Shown here piece after piece: positions 1 through 13,059 of a stretch of DNA of 64,000 nt. Each line of letters begins with the position of its first letter. Positions within the stretch are counted from its first letter, which is position 1. This DNA is from Octopus sinensis (Eukaryota), in contig NC_043015.1 in the NCBI RefSeq assembly GCF_006345805.1, positions 47,616,001 through 47,680,000 on the forward strand. Reading direction: 5' to 3'. Under the pieces are notes generated by a model, which was given only the letters and a program-made list of their open reading frames with translations, had not been told where the DNA came from and did no database searches. The translations under genes and the position numbers were made by a program.

Positions 1-278
1 AATATTGAACACATTTTTTTTAGAAATCGGTTTTGGAAAAACGAATCTCCAGAGGAAAGTGAGCATTCAGAAAGACTATCGAAATAAGAGCGTATAAAAT
101 ATTTACAGGAATTTATTCCAGTTTAGTTAAAATATCAAATTTCAGGAGGAAAATGGTAAAAAAGGTTGGATTTTTGTTTCAACTTGAGAGAATCAAAATC
201 CAATTTTATAAAAGTGGGAGGTGACCAGAAAAAGGCACAAGATAAAGCATTTAGTTAATTAATGTTACATCTACTCAC

Positions 279-347
279 ATAAAACTGGAAAAATTTAGAT
301 AGTCTCGGTTTTCCGTGATTATTAAATACTAATATTGCCTTAATCAT
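279..347 (-). CDS. AP3S: AP-3 complex subunit sigma, coding exon 1 (gene continues beyond left edge)
   Basis: Reverse strand ATG at 347 reads MIKAILVFNNHGKPRLSKFFQFY, followed by a GTGAGT donor at 278. Near-identical to the N-terminus of human AP3S1 (MIKAILIFNNHGKPRLSKFYQPY) as I recall it, with a 23-codon first exon. Confidence 0.96.
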
Positions 348-620
348 AATTTCGTTAAAGAAATAACGGGACAGCGATGTTATCGTTCCATTCTTTGATT
401 GATGTTGACAACAGTGATGGCGTCATGACAGTCGACGACAGAGCCGCCTCTGCTGGTTTCTCGAAAAGCGCTTCAGCCGAACAAAGAATTTACTCATGCA
501 CAAAGGTTACTATATCTGCATAATCAGGATCCGCAACAACTCCCCTGACAGTTACCACGATCCTCCGTGGCCGTGTCCAACATACTTTATGCATTTGGCG
601 TCATATATATATATATATAA
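348..620 (-). promoter_or_regulatory. AP3S 5' UTR / proximal promoter
   Basis: CpG-enriched, repeat-free stretch directly upstream of the AP3S ATG, with two TGACGCCA (CRE-half-like) motifs on the minus strand near 420 and 600. TSS not determined. Confidence 0.5.
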
Positions 621-949
621 CAAAAATGCATATACGAAAAATCATATCTGTAGAAAAATCAGAATTGTAGAATTCTTTGTCTTATTATTTGGATCATATT
701 TTATCATCATCATCATTTAACGTCCGTTTTTCATGCTAGCATGGGTTGCACAGTTTGATAGGTGCTGGCTAGATGAAGAGTTCCCCAGGTTCCACAATGG
801 TTTACCGTAGTGAAATCAGTATTTTCTATATCTGAAATATTTCCGTATTAGTCTGGAATCCGACAGGGTTGAGAGATCAAAACTCAGCTTGAGTGCTTTA
901 TTGGAAATACCCTACTAGGACATTATGTATGTACACACACACACACATA

Positions 950-1955
950 TCATCATCATCATCATCATCGTTTAACGTCTGCTTTCCATGCTACCATGGA
1001 TTGGACGATTTGACTAAGGACTGGCGAACCAGATGAGTGCACCAGACTCCAATCTGATCTGGCAGAGTTTCTACAGTGGATGCCCTTCCTAACGCCAACC
1101 ACTCTGAGAGTGTAGTGGGTGCTTTTACGTGCCACCGGTACGAGGGCCAGTCGGGCAGTACTGGCAACGGCCACGCTCAAATGATGTTTTTTCTTTGCCA
1201 CCTGCACAGGAGCCAGTCCAGCAGCACTGGCAACGACCTCGCTTGAATGTTTTCTCATGTGCCAGTAAGGCAAAGCTGGTAATGATCACACTCGAATAGT
1301 GCTTTTTACGTGCCACCAGCACAGAAGCCAGTTAGCTGCTCTGGCGATGATCATGCTTGGATGGTGCTCTTGGCGCTCCACTAGCACGGATGCCAGTCAT
1401 CAAATTTGATTTTGATTTCACTTGCTTCAACAGGTCTTCGCAAGCAGAGTTTAGTGTCCAATGAAGGAAAGGTATGCATAAGTGAGCTAGTTACATCACT
1501 GGCATAGGTCACGGGTTATGGTCTCACTTGGCTTGCCGGGTCTTTTCAAGCACAGCATATTTCCAAAGGTCTCTGTCACTAGTCATTGCTTCAGTGAAGT
1601 CTAATGTTCGAAGGTCATGCTTCACCACCTCATCCCAGGTCTTCCTGGGTCTACCTCTTCTACAGGTTCCCTCAATCCCTAGGGTATGGCTCTTTTTCCC
1701 ACAGCTATCCTTGTCCATTCTCACCACATGACCATACCAGCGCAGTCGTGTCTCTTGCACACCACATCTGATGCTTCTTAGGTCCAACTTTTCTCTCAAG
1801 GTACTTACACTCTGTCGAGTATGCACACTGACATTACACATCCATCGGAGCATACTGACTTCATTCCTTGCGAGCTTACACATGTCCTCAGCAGTCACGG
1901 CCCATGTAGCATGGCTGTTCGTACACATGCGTCATACAGTCTACCTTTTACTCTG
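950..1955 (-). mobile_element. 5'-truncated RTE-clade LINE (ORF C-terminus plus 3' UTR ending in (GAT)n)
   Basis: ORF 1524-1928 has the RTE C-terminal motifs RLRWYGHVVRM and RGRPRKTWDEVV, followed by a 3' UTR and an AAACGATGATG tail. Confidence 0.88.
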
Positions 1956-2344
1956 AGTGATATATATATATATATATGTATTTATGTATACATATATATA
2001 TCAAAGGGTAAAAAGTATTAGAAATTTCCATTACCAGGGCCTAGCGTGTAAAACTTTTAGTCAATAGACTATATATTATTCATATAAATACAGAGTACAT
2101 TTAAACACATGATAAAAAAAGTCTGAAGCCATTGATCCAGGAGTTAGATGGTAAATGCTTTTATTTTTCATTCCCTTCGAAATTTTATCCCTAATAGTGG
2201 TTTGGAATTTAACTGTCCTCTCTAGCGTGCAGGTAGTCCTATGATGGATATGTCTTTTGTGTTTAAATGTACACTGTATTTATTTATGTGTGTTGTGTGT
2301 GAGTATGAATATATATATATTATATATATATATATATATTATAT

Positions 2345-2408
<64 letters not shown>

Positions 2409-2871
2409 ATGTATGTATGTATGTATATGTATATATATATATATAAGACTGGTGTCTGCTCAATACAAAGCTCAGTGTACACAATACTCAGTTCTAACAT
2501 GAGATCTCAGGTGGCTTTTTAGACCAGACATACTTTTAAGAAGACATCCACATAAACTGCTCACAAGTTTTGGGACATCTTAAACTGCCTGTAGTATTTG
2601 ATCTTGATAAAACTTGAAATGTTTTTCAGACCTCCTTGAAATTTGCAGAACCTGAGGTAAATGTGACATTGATAAAGGTGAACTGATAAGTATGTTCTAT
2701 AATCAATAGGAAATACCTTATTGTGTGCTCTTATGTGAGATTTAAGAGCAGCCTCAGACAGGCAGATTTTGCCATAAAATGTACAAACAGAAAAAGTACC
2801 ATCAAGTTCATATTTCCTTACAGGCTATTTTTTTTTTTTAGTATTTTCCTCTTAATATTTAACTGTATTAA

Positions 2872-3280
2872 GGCAGCCAGCTGGCAGAAACATTAGAACA
2901 CCGGGCAAAATGCTTAGTGGTATTTCGTCTGCCGCTACATTCTGAGTTCAAATTCCGCCAAGGTCGACTTTGCCTTTCATCCTCGATTAAATAAGTACCA
3001 GTTATGCACTGGGGTCAATATGATCGACTTAATCCGTTTGTCTGTCCTTGTTTGTCCTCTCTGTGTTTAGCCCCTTGTGGGTAGTAAAGAAATAGGTATT
3101 TCGTCTGCCGTTACGTTCTGAGTTCAAATTCCACCAAGGTCAACTTTGCCTTTTATCCTTTCAGAGTTGATAAATTAAGTACCAGTTACGCACTGGAGTC
3201 GATATAATCTACTTAATCCGTTTGTCTGTCCTTCTTTGTCCCCTCTGTGTGTAGCCCCTTGTGGGCAGTAAAGAAATAAG
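2872..3280 (+). mobile_element. tRNA-derived SINE family A, tandem dimer
   Basis: GGCAGCCAGCTGGCAGAAAC head, B-box-like GAGTTCAAATTCC and central GCCTTTCATCCTTTCGGGGTCGATAAA motif. Similar copies at ~12762-13066, 14205-14410, 22705-22950, 39470-39695 and 61040-61400. Confidence 0.85.
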
Positions 3281-4919
3281 AAATAGTACTTATTCTATCA
3301 GGCTCTTTTGTCAAACCACTAACCTACGATATGTTAATACTCTGCTTGTTTCATTCATTATCTTTGCTGTTAAACTCTAAAAGATCTTACAATATAAACA
3401 GAATGGTTATAAGGTGAACTGTAAAGGTTTAATACTTTCAAGTCAGTTAGCCTACCTATTTTCTCACATACCACGTACAGAACAACAACCTATAAGATTT
3501 TTTAAAGTTTTTTTTCCAGCATTTACAAGTAACAATGTTGTTACTATAGCCACAGAAGTTGGGGGTTTTTTTTTCTGATTTAAAACACAGAGTGGAGCCA
3601 TCTGGTTTGCCAGCCCTCAGTCAAAATCGTCCAACCCATGCTGGCATGGAAAGGGGACGTTAAACGATGATGATGATGAATCCAATGAAATCCAATAAGT
3701 AGGGTTTCTTTGTTTTAATCAAATGAGTATCATAAACCCTACAAAAAAAAAAGCCCTAAAATAAAGTGCACAACAAATTACTTATGGCTTATATACCAAA
3801 CCTTGCTCTGAACTTCAGAACATCCATTAATGCACAAAAACATGACCACTAGCAAATGATTAAGGATGCAAGGTAGGTTGATCATATCCCCACACAATGA
3901 ATATCAGTATGTCAAAGAAACACAGTCGATAATGTCATGTGTAAAAATCAAACAGGATCATGAATAAAGAATTTGATTTTGCTACGGAAAAGAAGGGTCT
4001 GTGATGAAGTGCCTTTTTTGCCTATATAAGCACAGATTTGTTGGTAGAAGAACTGAAGAAATTTATGGTATTTCTGATAAAGATGTGCTTAAAAACTGAA
4101 CAATGGTTACCAAAAGATTAAGCTACAAGGATGTTTTTTAAGTTGCATATTATGAGTATGATGAACATGTTGCACTCATAGCATTAAGAGAAAGTGAATT
4201 TTGTTCCATAAAAATTATTAATAGGCTGTCTGGAAAAAAAAAAAACTCTGAACATGTCAAATCAAAATATGCTACATTGTGTCTCCAAATCAAAAATATG
4301 TTGCACTGGTGGGAAAAGATTTATATGCTTGGGTATGTAAATTGTATGACTGGACTTATTAAGCATAATGCTGTTAGACAACTTCCAAAAACCCACAGAC
4401 AGCTGTAAGTTTTCTATGGACACAAATAAATATAATTTGGCTGGTGTACAAGATTCATGAATAGAAACGAGCAAGCATTACATCAGGGAATTGCTAGCCA
4501 TGTTTATCATGCTAGATATGAGAATCAATTGATTTTTTTTAGAGAAGAAAATGATTATGAGAATTCCACACTGTTGATTTTACAGTCGGTATCCTTTGAT
4601 GGCATACACTGGTAAAGTTCTAAGGTCACGTTCCAATTTACTTTACATTTTGATTAGGAAACATGAACTTTATCAATGTATCTTAGGCTGTTGTAATAAA
4701 TCTGACTATACACTATAAATAAATCGAGATGGTGACTGCACTCCAGAAATAAGACGGCGAATAGTACTAGGCAGAGAGGCAATGGTCAGCATGAGCAGCT
4801 CAAAATTATTTTCTATTTGAAAGGGGGGATAACCAACTTTACAATCAGTCCAACTACCAGTCTGAATTTTGTTTATATTTAGTGTGTTATGTATAATGTA
4901 TACCTTTAATTATTGTCTG

Positions 4920-5410
4920 GTCTGAATGGTCTGGAAGAGTAGAGACATCAGACTCGCTACCAAATGCAGATTGGTGAATGCAATTGTCTTCCCAATAGCA
5001 ACATATGGATGCGAGACCTGGACACTGAAGAAAGCTGACCAGAATAGAATTAATGCAGTGGAGCTTCGGTGTTGGAGAAGACTTTTGCGGATTCCATGGA
5101 CAGCGAGGCTCACCAATGGAGAAGTTCTTAAGCAGATAAGGCCAAAAATGTCGCTAGAAGCTAGGTTCACCAAGCATAGATTGAGATATTTCGGTCATAT
5201 TATGCGGAGAAAATCCCTGGAAAAGGACATCATGCTCGGAATGGTGAGTGGCAAGAGAGGAAGAGGCCGACCAAGAACCCGCTGGCTTGACACCATCAAG
5301 AGTGATACCAGAATGGACATGGCCTATCTGAAGGAAGTGGCCCAGGATAGAACTGACTGGAGGACACTGATCCGAGTGACCGAGAGTCGACTTCGACTGA
5401 GCAGATAGAG
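4920..5410 (+). mobile_element. RTE/BovB-like LINE 3' fragment
   Basis: ORF 4926-5408 has YGCETWTL, ELRCWRRLLRIPW, LRYFGHIMRR and GRGRPRTRWLD, typical of the RTE C-terminus. Confidence 0.88.
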
Positions 5411-5899
5411 AGAGATACACTATACTAAAGAAAAGTGGTATGAATTATATGAGAGCTATTATTTTTTCATCAGGATTTTGTAGGCAATAATTAAAGGTAT
5501 ACATTATACATGATAACATTAAATATAAACAAAATTCAGACTGGGAGTTGGACTGATTGTAAAGTTGGTTATCCCCCCTTTCAAATAGAAAATAACTTTG
5601 AGCTGATTTTTAAAAAAATTGTATAATATGTAATGCTCTTAATGTCCTAAGCAAAAATCATTAAGGTAAATGATGAAAAAACAAGTTTTTTTGTGATAAC
5701 TAAATACATTTTTCTTAGATGTAACTGTGCGATAAGAAGCTTGCATCCCAGCTACATGGTTGTGTTCAGTACCACAGCATGGCACTTTGGACAACTGACT
5801 TCTTCAGCCTCAGGTTGGCCAAAACCTTATAAGTGGATCTGGTAGACAGAAACTGAAAAAAGCTTATAGTATGCATACATACATACATTGCATGCGCGA

Positions 5900-6390
5900 C
5901 AGAGTGTAAGCGCCCTGAGAGAAATGTTGGACATAAGAGGCATCGGATGTGGCATGCAGGAGAGACTTTTGTTTTGGTATTGTCATGCACTACGGATGGA
6001 TGAGGAGAGATGTGTGAAGTGACACTCCCAAACAGTTGAAGGAATCTGGGGTAGAGGTAGACCCAGGAAGACATGGGATGAGGTGGTCAAGCATGACCTT
6101 CGAACGTTGGGCCTCACCAAGGCAATAACGAAAGACTGAGATCTCTGAAGACATACTATGACTCCGAAGACCCAACAAATGAAGTGAGTTCATGGCTCGC
6201 AGGATGGCTTGCTGTGCTTACCTTGGATTGTAGGTTGACCTGCTGTGCTTGAGGAGACCTATTGAGTCATGTACATCAACATCAAAATAAAAATCAAATG
6301 GATATTGAAGTTGTAAAAAGCACCCGCTACACTCACGGAGTGGTTGGCATTAGGAAGGGCATCCAGCTGTAGAAACACTGCCAGATCAAG
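5900..6390 (+). mobile_element. RTE LINE 3' fragment (same family as 950-1955)
   Basis: Shares GGTAGACCCAGGAAGACATGGGATGAGGTGGTCAAGCATGAC with the reverse complement of 1600-1680, followed by the same 3' UTR. Confidence 0.8.
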
Positions 6391-6655
6391 GGAGATAATC
6401 AGAGAAAGACTTGAAAGTCAACATAAGATCATAATACTTCATGTAAAGTAAATATAACAAATAATCCAGAATCCTTGTCCGGTACCAGACCAATCCCAAA
6501 ATCTAATCAGTTCGTGCCAGTCACAAGGTCAAACATCCCTGAAAGTTTCATCTGAATCCATCCAGTAGTTCTTGAGATATCTTGTCCACAGACAAACAAA
6601 CAAACAAACATGGCTGAAAACAATACCTCCGCCTTAGCGAAGGCAGAGGTAATAA
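6390..6655 (+). mobile_element. Non-autonomous Helitron-like repeat 3' end
   Basis: (CAAA)n tract followed by the subterminal hairpin ACCTCCGCC-TTAGCGA-AGGCAGAGGT. Confidence 0.5.
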
Positions 6656-7002
6656 TAATAAAAAAAAGACAAAACTGTGCATAATATTTTATTCCAAAAC
6701 AATAACATTCAAATCTCATTACAAAATGTAAATTTTTCACTACAATATATTAAATATGTTTATATAATAATATTGTCTTTAGTAATTTGTAATTAAAAAT
6801 CTACATCTAAAATAAATCTAGGATTCCATTTTTGTAGAAAACATTTCACAAGAAAAATATCAAATGATAAAATGAACTGTTGGAACTGTCAGATTAAGAC
6901 TTTTTATTCTTTCTTAATTGTTTGTCTTCTTAGCTCACCTTCTTAACTGCCGTCTCTAGCTAGCATATAGAATCATACATTTGGCAAATGGTAAAAAGTA
7001 GA

Positions 7003-7060
<58 letters not shown>

Positions 7061-7121
7061 GTATATATATATATGTACATATATTGATAAATGCAATCAA
7101 AGAGCAGAGTATATAAATATT

Positions 7122-7159
<38 letters not shown>

Positions 7160-8681
7160 TTGTGAATGAGGGATGGGGGAGAGGAAGATGAGTAAATTGT
7201 CAAATAAAATATAATTATTTGTTTAATATAATGTTGTTAACTATTTCAATATAATTCATGAGATTTAATCCACAATGCTATGTAACAAAACTTTTGAAAT
7301 TGTGAATTCTATAAAGCATTATTTTAATAACAATAATAATAATAATAATCCTTTCTACTATAGGCACAAAGCCTGAAATTTTAGAGGAGGGGGATAAGTC
7401 GATTACATCAACCCCAGTACTCAACTGGTAACTTATTTAATTGACCCCACCAAAAGGATGAGAGGCTAAGTCAACCTCGGTGGAATTTGAACTCAGAACG
7501 TAATGCCAGATGAAATACCACTAAGCATTTCGCCTGGCATACAAACGATTCTCTTTCTGAATGCTACAGAATAATGTGTCTACAATATCCAATCTTCTCT
7601 AGAACTAATACAAATTTACAGATTATTTCTTAGACGGTCATTCGATACAGTTTACCATTTATTTTAATATAAAGCCTAAATAATATACTTTGCATCTACA
7701 GAATATTGTTCCCCCAACACCTTGTTTTTTTTTAATTAACATAAGAATATGAACTTTAATCTATAGGAAATGTACAAATCCTTGGGAATCTGTTAAACAA
7801 TTTACTTTAATAAATAACTATTTCAACTGCATCATGGTAAAATCATGGTAGCCATTTCAAGCACACAACACATACAAATTATTAACTTTTGTTTCAGCTA
7901 TTGTTTTTATCTTTTACTTGTTTCAAGTCACTGGACTGTGGCCATGCTGGGGCACCACACTAAAGTTTTCAGATGAACAGACGAACCCCTGTACTTCATT
8001 TTTTTTAAAACCTGGTACCAGTTTTACTGGTGTCGTTTTCCAAGCGGGGACATAAGCAGACCAACACCAGTTATCAAGAAGCAGGAGAGAGACAAACACA
8101 AACAGACATGATGCATACATATACATACATAATACACACACACACACATATATATACATATATATTATATATATATATATATATAAACACACATAGACAT
8201 GTCAGGCTTCCACACAGTTTCTGTTTAGTAAATTCACTCACAAGGCATTGGTTTGGTTGGCCCAGGGCTATAGTAAAAGACACTTGCCCAAGGTGCAGTA
8301 CAGTAGGACTGAACCTGAAACTATGTGGATGCAATTAGTAATAAACTATAATCAAAAAAATTTTGTTGAACATCTTCAGCCTGGTCACCCATATTGTTCG
8401 GTATGTGGTGGATATAACAGTACAGGTGTTGTCAATGGCTACCATGACCCCTTCATGATACAACTGTTTCAACTTCAGAAACACCTTCTCAGAGCAAATG
8501 ATTTGTCAATTTAAATAGGGAGCTCTGGTTCGTATGACATGCAACTGGTTTAAACGGAAACCTTAGCCGCCATACAACAGATTGGTGGAATCATCTCTAT
8601 ATTGTCTTAAATAAAAAGAAAAATGTTTTTCAGTATCCATACCAATAACAATGGTATAAGTGGAAGTTAAAGATTGCAAAT

Positions 8682-8766
8682 TTAGTATCGATGGTCTGTA
8701 ATCATTTCTGGTCGTCGGGGGTCATCAACAGCAATTCCCTGAGCATTATGTAATAACATCTCCGCT
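8682..8766 (-). CDS. Small membrane protein, terminal coding exon
   Basis: Acceptor TTTTGTTTTATTTGTTGTAG, then (phase 2) A-GCG GAG ATG... reading AEMLLHNAQGIAVDDPRRPEMITDHRY*. The phase matches the donor at 12377. Confidence 0.72.
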
Positions 8767-8934
8767 CTACAACAAATAAAACAAAAGCTACAATAACATT
8801 TGAGAATTATAAACCTACAAAGGCTACATTTACAACACATTAGCATGAAAACACCTTTATGAATATCATGAAGTCAATCTTTTCCAGACGTTGTCCACAG
8901 AATCAAAATTCCGTCTTTCTGGAACATCCTTATA

Positions 8935-9448
8935 CCGTAAATCCTCAAATACAGTTCGCCCTTGAGTATAATACGCAGGGGATTTTTAGGCGGGGGTGTA
9001 CCTCTGAAAAACCTAAACCTTGTGTATAATACGCACCCCTTCTCTAACTTGAGTCAAGGAGGTCTATATAACATCCTTGGTTTGTAAAAATGTATATGGT
9101 GACGTCCTTTATTATTATTGTATATATAAGATAATGCAAACATGTAGCTTTTTTGTACATTTTGTTTGCAGAAAATAAAGAAATAACAGTAATAACGTTT
9201 AATAAATATTGCTAACTGCAAGTTATGGATGATTCTTTTATGACTTCATTGCTTTCAGGCTTAGCTTAATGTATTTTCACGCCCAACATCACAAAATGCG
9301 TCTGAATAAACATTGCTGGACAGCAAATAGAGACTCAAACATTGCTTAGAAAATAATTTTCATTTTTAACCTCGTATATAGTACGCACTAGGGATTTTGA
9401 CCTTTAAATTTTGGGGGAAAAAAGCGGATTATACTCGAGGATTTACAA
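8935..9448. mobile_element. Tc1/mariner-type MITE
   Basis: Terminal inverted repeats CCGTAAATCCTC(A)A... / ...CTCGAGGATTTAC, flanked by TA dinucleotides. Confidence 0.75.
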
Positions 9449-10189
9449 TATTCTACAGTATAGGGCAACAATTTATTATTCAATCCTTCAAATGTTTCAC
9501 ATTTCAAATTACCATGCATTGCCTTGTATCTTCAAGATGTTGATGATATGATTGTTTATTTTTAGAATGACATTGTAGGGTAGGTGTGAGAGGTCAGATC
9601 TGACCAGTCTGACCATTAAACAGGTAGAATATTTAAAGCAGATACAGTTAGTTTACATGCTAATGGGTAAATGTCCTTCACATAAGAGTGTATCTGACCT
9701 GTAACTCTTCTGACAAAAATGTTTACTTGTGGTATTCATCCATCATTAATCTGCTGGACCAGAATCTGCGCTTTGCCATCTTGAAAAATTTTATCTCCAA
9801 CAACCATTTCGTCGACCCAACACATATTGATCTTTCCTTTCGCTCTGTTTTCTCTAGATTTAATCCTGCACAGTCTTATTAAAATTACATCCCTTATACA
9901 TGTATTGGATTTGTGAAGGCACTTAAGAGAATGGTGTCAGCCATTCATTAGAGATAATTAACCAGTTCAAATATCAATGAAATCATTTAAAAGTAGAACA
10001 TTTACTAAACTGATCTTTAAGAAATGCAAATAAAATAATTGACCTTTTTGACAGTAGAGAAACGTTATACAAATAATGACTACAATCTTATAGTAGGGCT
10101 GTATCTATTATAACACTATTTCTTACCTTTACACATCCAAGAGTGCAGTAAAAAGATTGAGGGTTTCTCTTACAGATGCAAAATATTTA

Positions 10190-10760
10190 AAACACTGAAC
10201 CATCCGAATGTGGCCGATGCCAGCGCTGCTTTGACTGGCTTCTGTGCCGGTGGCATGTAAAAAGCACCATCCGAACGTGGCTGATGCCAGCGCCGCATTG
10301 ACTGGCTTCTGTGCCGGTGGCATGTAAAAAGCACCAACCGATCATGGCTGATGCCAGCCTCCCCTGGCACCTGTGCCAGTGGCACGTGAAAAGCACCATC
10401 CGAACATGGCTGATGCCAGCACTGCCTTGACTGGCTTCTATGCCGGTGGCACATAAAAAGCACCATCCGAATGTGGCCGATGCCAGCGCCATCTTGACTG
10501 GCTTCTGTGCCAGTGGCACGTAAAAAGCACCAACCGATCGTGGTCGCTTCCAGCCTCCCCTGGCACCTGTGCTGGTGGCACGTAAAATGCATCCACTATA
10601 CTCATGGAGTGGTTGGCGTTAGGAAGGGCATCCAGCTGTAGAAACACTGCCGGATCAGACTGGAGCCTGGTGCAGCCTCCTGGCTTCCCAGACCCCGGTC
10701 GAACCATCCAACCCGTGCTAGCACGGAAAACGGATGTATGATGATGATGATGATGATGAC
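10190..10760 (+). mobile_element. RTE LINE 3' UTR with internal ~60-67 bp tandem repeats
   Basis: About six tandem units (GCACCATCCGAA...GACTGGCTTCTGTGCCGGTGGCATGTAAAAA), then the conserved RTE 3' end and (GAT)n tail. A reverse-oriented relative lies at 11740-12190. Confidence 0.8.
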
Positions 10761-11024
10761 CAGCTTTTAAGTAAATTCAACATTGAAATCTATCATATGC
10801 TGGAATAATGTTTAACTAACAAGAATAGTGCATACATCACATTCGCATTTTAGACCAGTCATTGAATAAACTTTAGCCTGTAGGACTTTCTGAATAGCAT
10901 ACCTATTTTGCAGAAAAAAAAAACAACATTGTTCAGCAATGTGGTCTTCCTGATGATGAGCTACATCTCATGCAGTCCACGTCTCAGAAAAAGGTTATCT
11001 GTGCCTGGTTTAGATCACATTCCA

Positions 11025-11555
11025 TTCTTTTACTCTTTTACTTGTTTCAGTCATTTGACTGGGGCCATGCTGGAGCACCACCTTTTTTAGTCGAGCAAAT
11101 CGACCCCAGGACTTATTCTTTGTAAGCCTAGTACTTATTCTATTGGTCTCTTTTGCTGAACTGCTAAGTTACGGGGACGTAAACACACCAGCATCAGTTG
11201 TCAAGCGATATTGGGGGGACAAACACAGACACACAAACATATACACACACATATCCAGCCGTAGAAACACTGCCAGATCAGACTGGGCCTGATGCAGCCT
11301 TCTGACTTCACAGACCCCAGTTGAACCGTCCAACCCATACTAGCATGGAAAGCGGACGCTAAATGATGATGATGATATATGTATATACATATATACGACG
11401 GGCTTCTTTCAGATTCCGTCTACCAAATCCACTCACAAGGCTTTGGTCGGCCTGAGGCTATAGTAGAAGACACTTGCCCAAGGTGCCATGCAGTGGGACT
11501 GTACCCGGAACCACGTGGTTCGTAAGCAAGCTACTAACCACACAGCCACTCCTAT
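11025..11555 (-). mobile_element. tRNA-derived SINE family B (with nested RTE tail at ~11235-11375)
   Basis: Minus strand head GGAGTGGCTGTGTGG..AGTAGCTTGCTT, CORE-like GGCACCTTGGGCAAGTGTCTT, internal (TA/CA)n and tail CAGTCAAATGACTGAAACAAGTAAAAG. This is the most abundant family; other copies at ~7910-8330, 13490-13650, 19105-19445, 36340-36575, 36890-37100, 38303-38700, 40115-40530, 49030-49470, 51350-51720, 51855-52240, 55180-55500, 58575-58950, 59690-60120 and 63540-63840. Confidence 0.88.
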
Positions 11556-12377
11556 ACATACCAATATATCACAATTGTGATATAGTGCTTAGCTTTCTCC
11601 TTCCTTAGTATCTTTTTTCTGCAGTAGTTTTATACTTGCTTGAACTTGAAGTCGTTCTGAATTCATTTCCTTTCCCTTGCCTCACAGCCTCATCCTTTTC
11701 CATCATTTTTCATAGTGTGTTACATCTCTGCAGTAAATCATTATCATCATCATCATCATTTAGCGTCCGCTTTCCATGCTAGCATGGGTTGGACGGTTCA
11801 ACTGGGGTCCGGGAAGCCAGAAGGCTGCACCAGGCCCAGTCTGATCTGGCAGTGTTTCTACGGCTGGATGCCCTTCCTAACGCCAACCACTCCGTGAGTG
11901 CAGTGGGTGCTTTTTACGTGCCACCCGCACAGGTGCCAGACGGGGATGGCAAACAGCCACGGATGGATAGTGCTTTTTACGTGCCACCGGCACGGGGGCC
12001 AGGTGAGGCTGGCAACGGCCACGAACGGATGGTGCTTTTTACGTGCCACCGGCATGGGGCCAGGTGAGGCTGGCAACGGCCACGAACAGATGGTGCTTTT
12101 TACGTGCCACCGGCATGGAGGCCAGTCGGGGCGGCGCTGGCGACAGCCACGGTCGGATGGTTCGCTTACTTGTCACCGGCACTGGTATCACAGCTATTTT
12201 TACAAATAACGAAGAATGCTACTCTAAATATAATTAACCCTTCGGCATGCAGATTATTTTATCAAACCATCCAACTGTAACAGTATATGGAAAACAGATA
12301 TTAAACGACGAGGGTTTTTGAGGATAATAATTTCAAGAAAACCATATTTTAAAAAGAGAAATTTAAAATTTATTTAC

Positions 12378-12580
12378 CTCCGAGCTTTCTTTTCTTTATG
12401 CTTTCGAATACATAGTAAAGCAAACACAGAAAGAAATATACATGGAACTGCTATGGCCATTACAATGAGAGCAACAAAAAGTGTCTGATCTTTTGGGTTC
12501 AAGTGATTAAGGAAACCTTTGCCATCTGTAGCATGTGGCTTGAAGTGATAATGGTGGTCAGTAGCATTGTTTGTGTCCAT
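12378..12580 (-). CDS. Small single-pass membrane protein, first coding exon (acceptor at 12583, ATG at 12580)
   Basis: Acceptor TTCTTTCATTCTGTTATAG and donor AG|GTAAAT. Reads MDTNNATDHHYHFKPHATDGKGFLNHLNPKDQTLFVALIVMAIAVPCIFLSVFALLCIRKHKEKKAR: an N-glycosylation sequon, a ~24-aa hydrophobic segment, then a basic cluster. Confidence 0.8.
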
Positions 12581-13059
12581 ATCTATAACAGAATGAAAGA
12601 AGAAAAATTTTAAAAATTGCATCAAACAGAAATTTCTAAAGGAATTTTGTATTATTCGGCACAAATTTGGCTAAAATACCATATTTTCCAGCATACATTT
12701 TTTCAGATCAAAATTTGCAGCCAAAAACAATAGGTTGACTTATACATCAAGATGATTTTGGAGGTGGCGAACTGGCAGAAATGTTAGCACGCCGGGCGAA
12801 ATGCTTAGTGGTATTTCGTCTGCCGCTACGTTCTGAGTTCAAATTCCGCCAAGGTCGACTTTGCCTTTCATCCTTTCGGAGTCGATAATTTAAGTACCTT
12901 TTACGCACAGGGGTCGATGTAATCGACTTAATCCGTTTGTCTGTCCTTGTTTGTCCCCTTTGTGTTTAGTCCCTTGTGGGTAGTAAAGAAATAGGTATTT
13001 CGTCTGCCGCTACGTTCTGAGTTCAAATTCAGAAGTTGACTTTGCCTTTCATCCTTTCG

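Noticed and set aside
9736-9874. In-phase alternative terminal exon for the membrane protein (LCRIKSRENRAKGKINMCWVDEM...INDG*)
   Set aside because: The acceptor has a poor pyrimidine tract, and the plus strand resembles a decayed LINE RT (GIHPSLICW...ILSPT). It is more likely an antisense LINE fragment. Junction reads would settle it.
10129-12237. Overlapping repetitive ORFs (MPPAQKPV..., WCFLRATG...)
   Set aside because: They derive from tandem repeats in the RTE LINE 3' UTR and are not genes.
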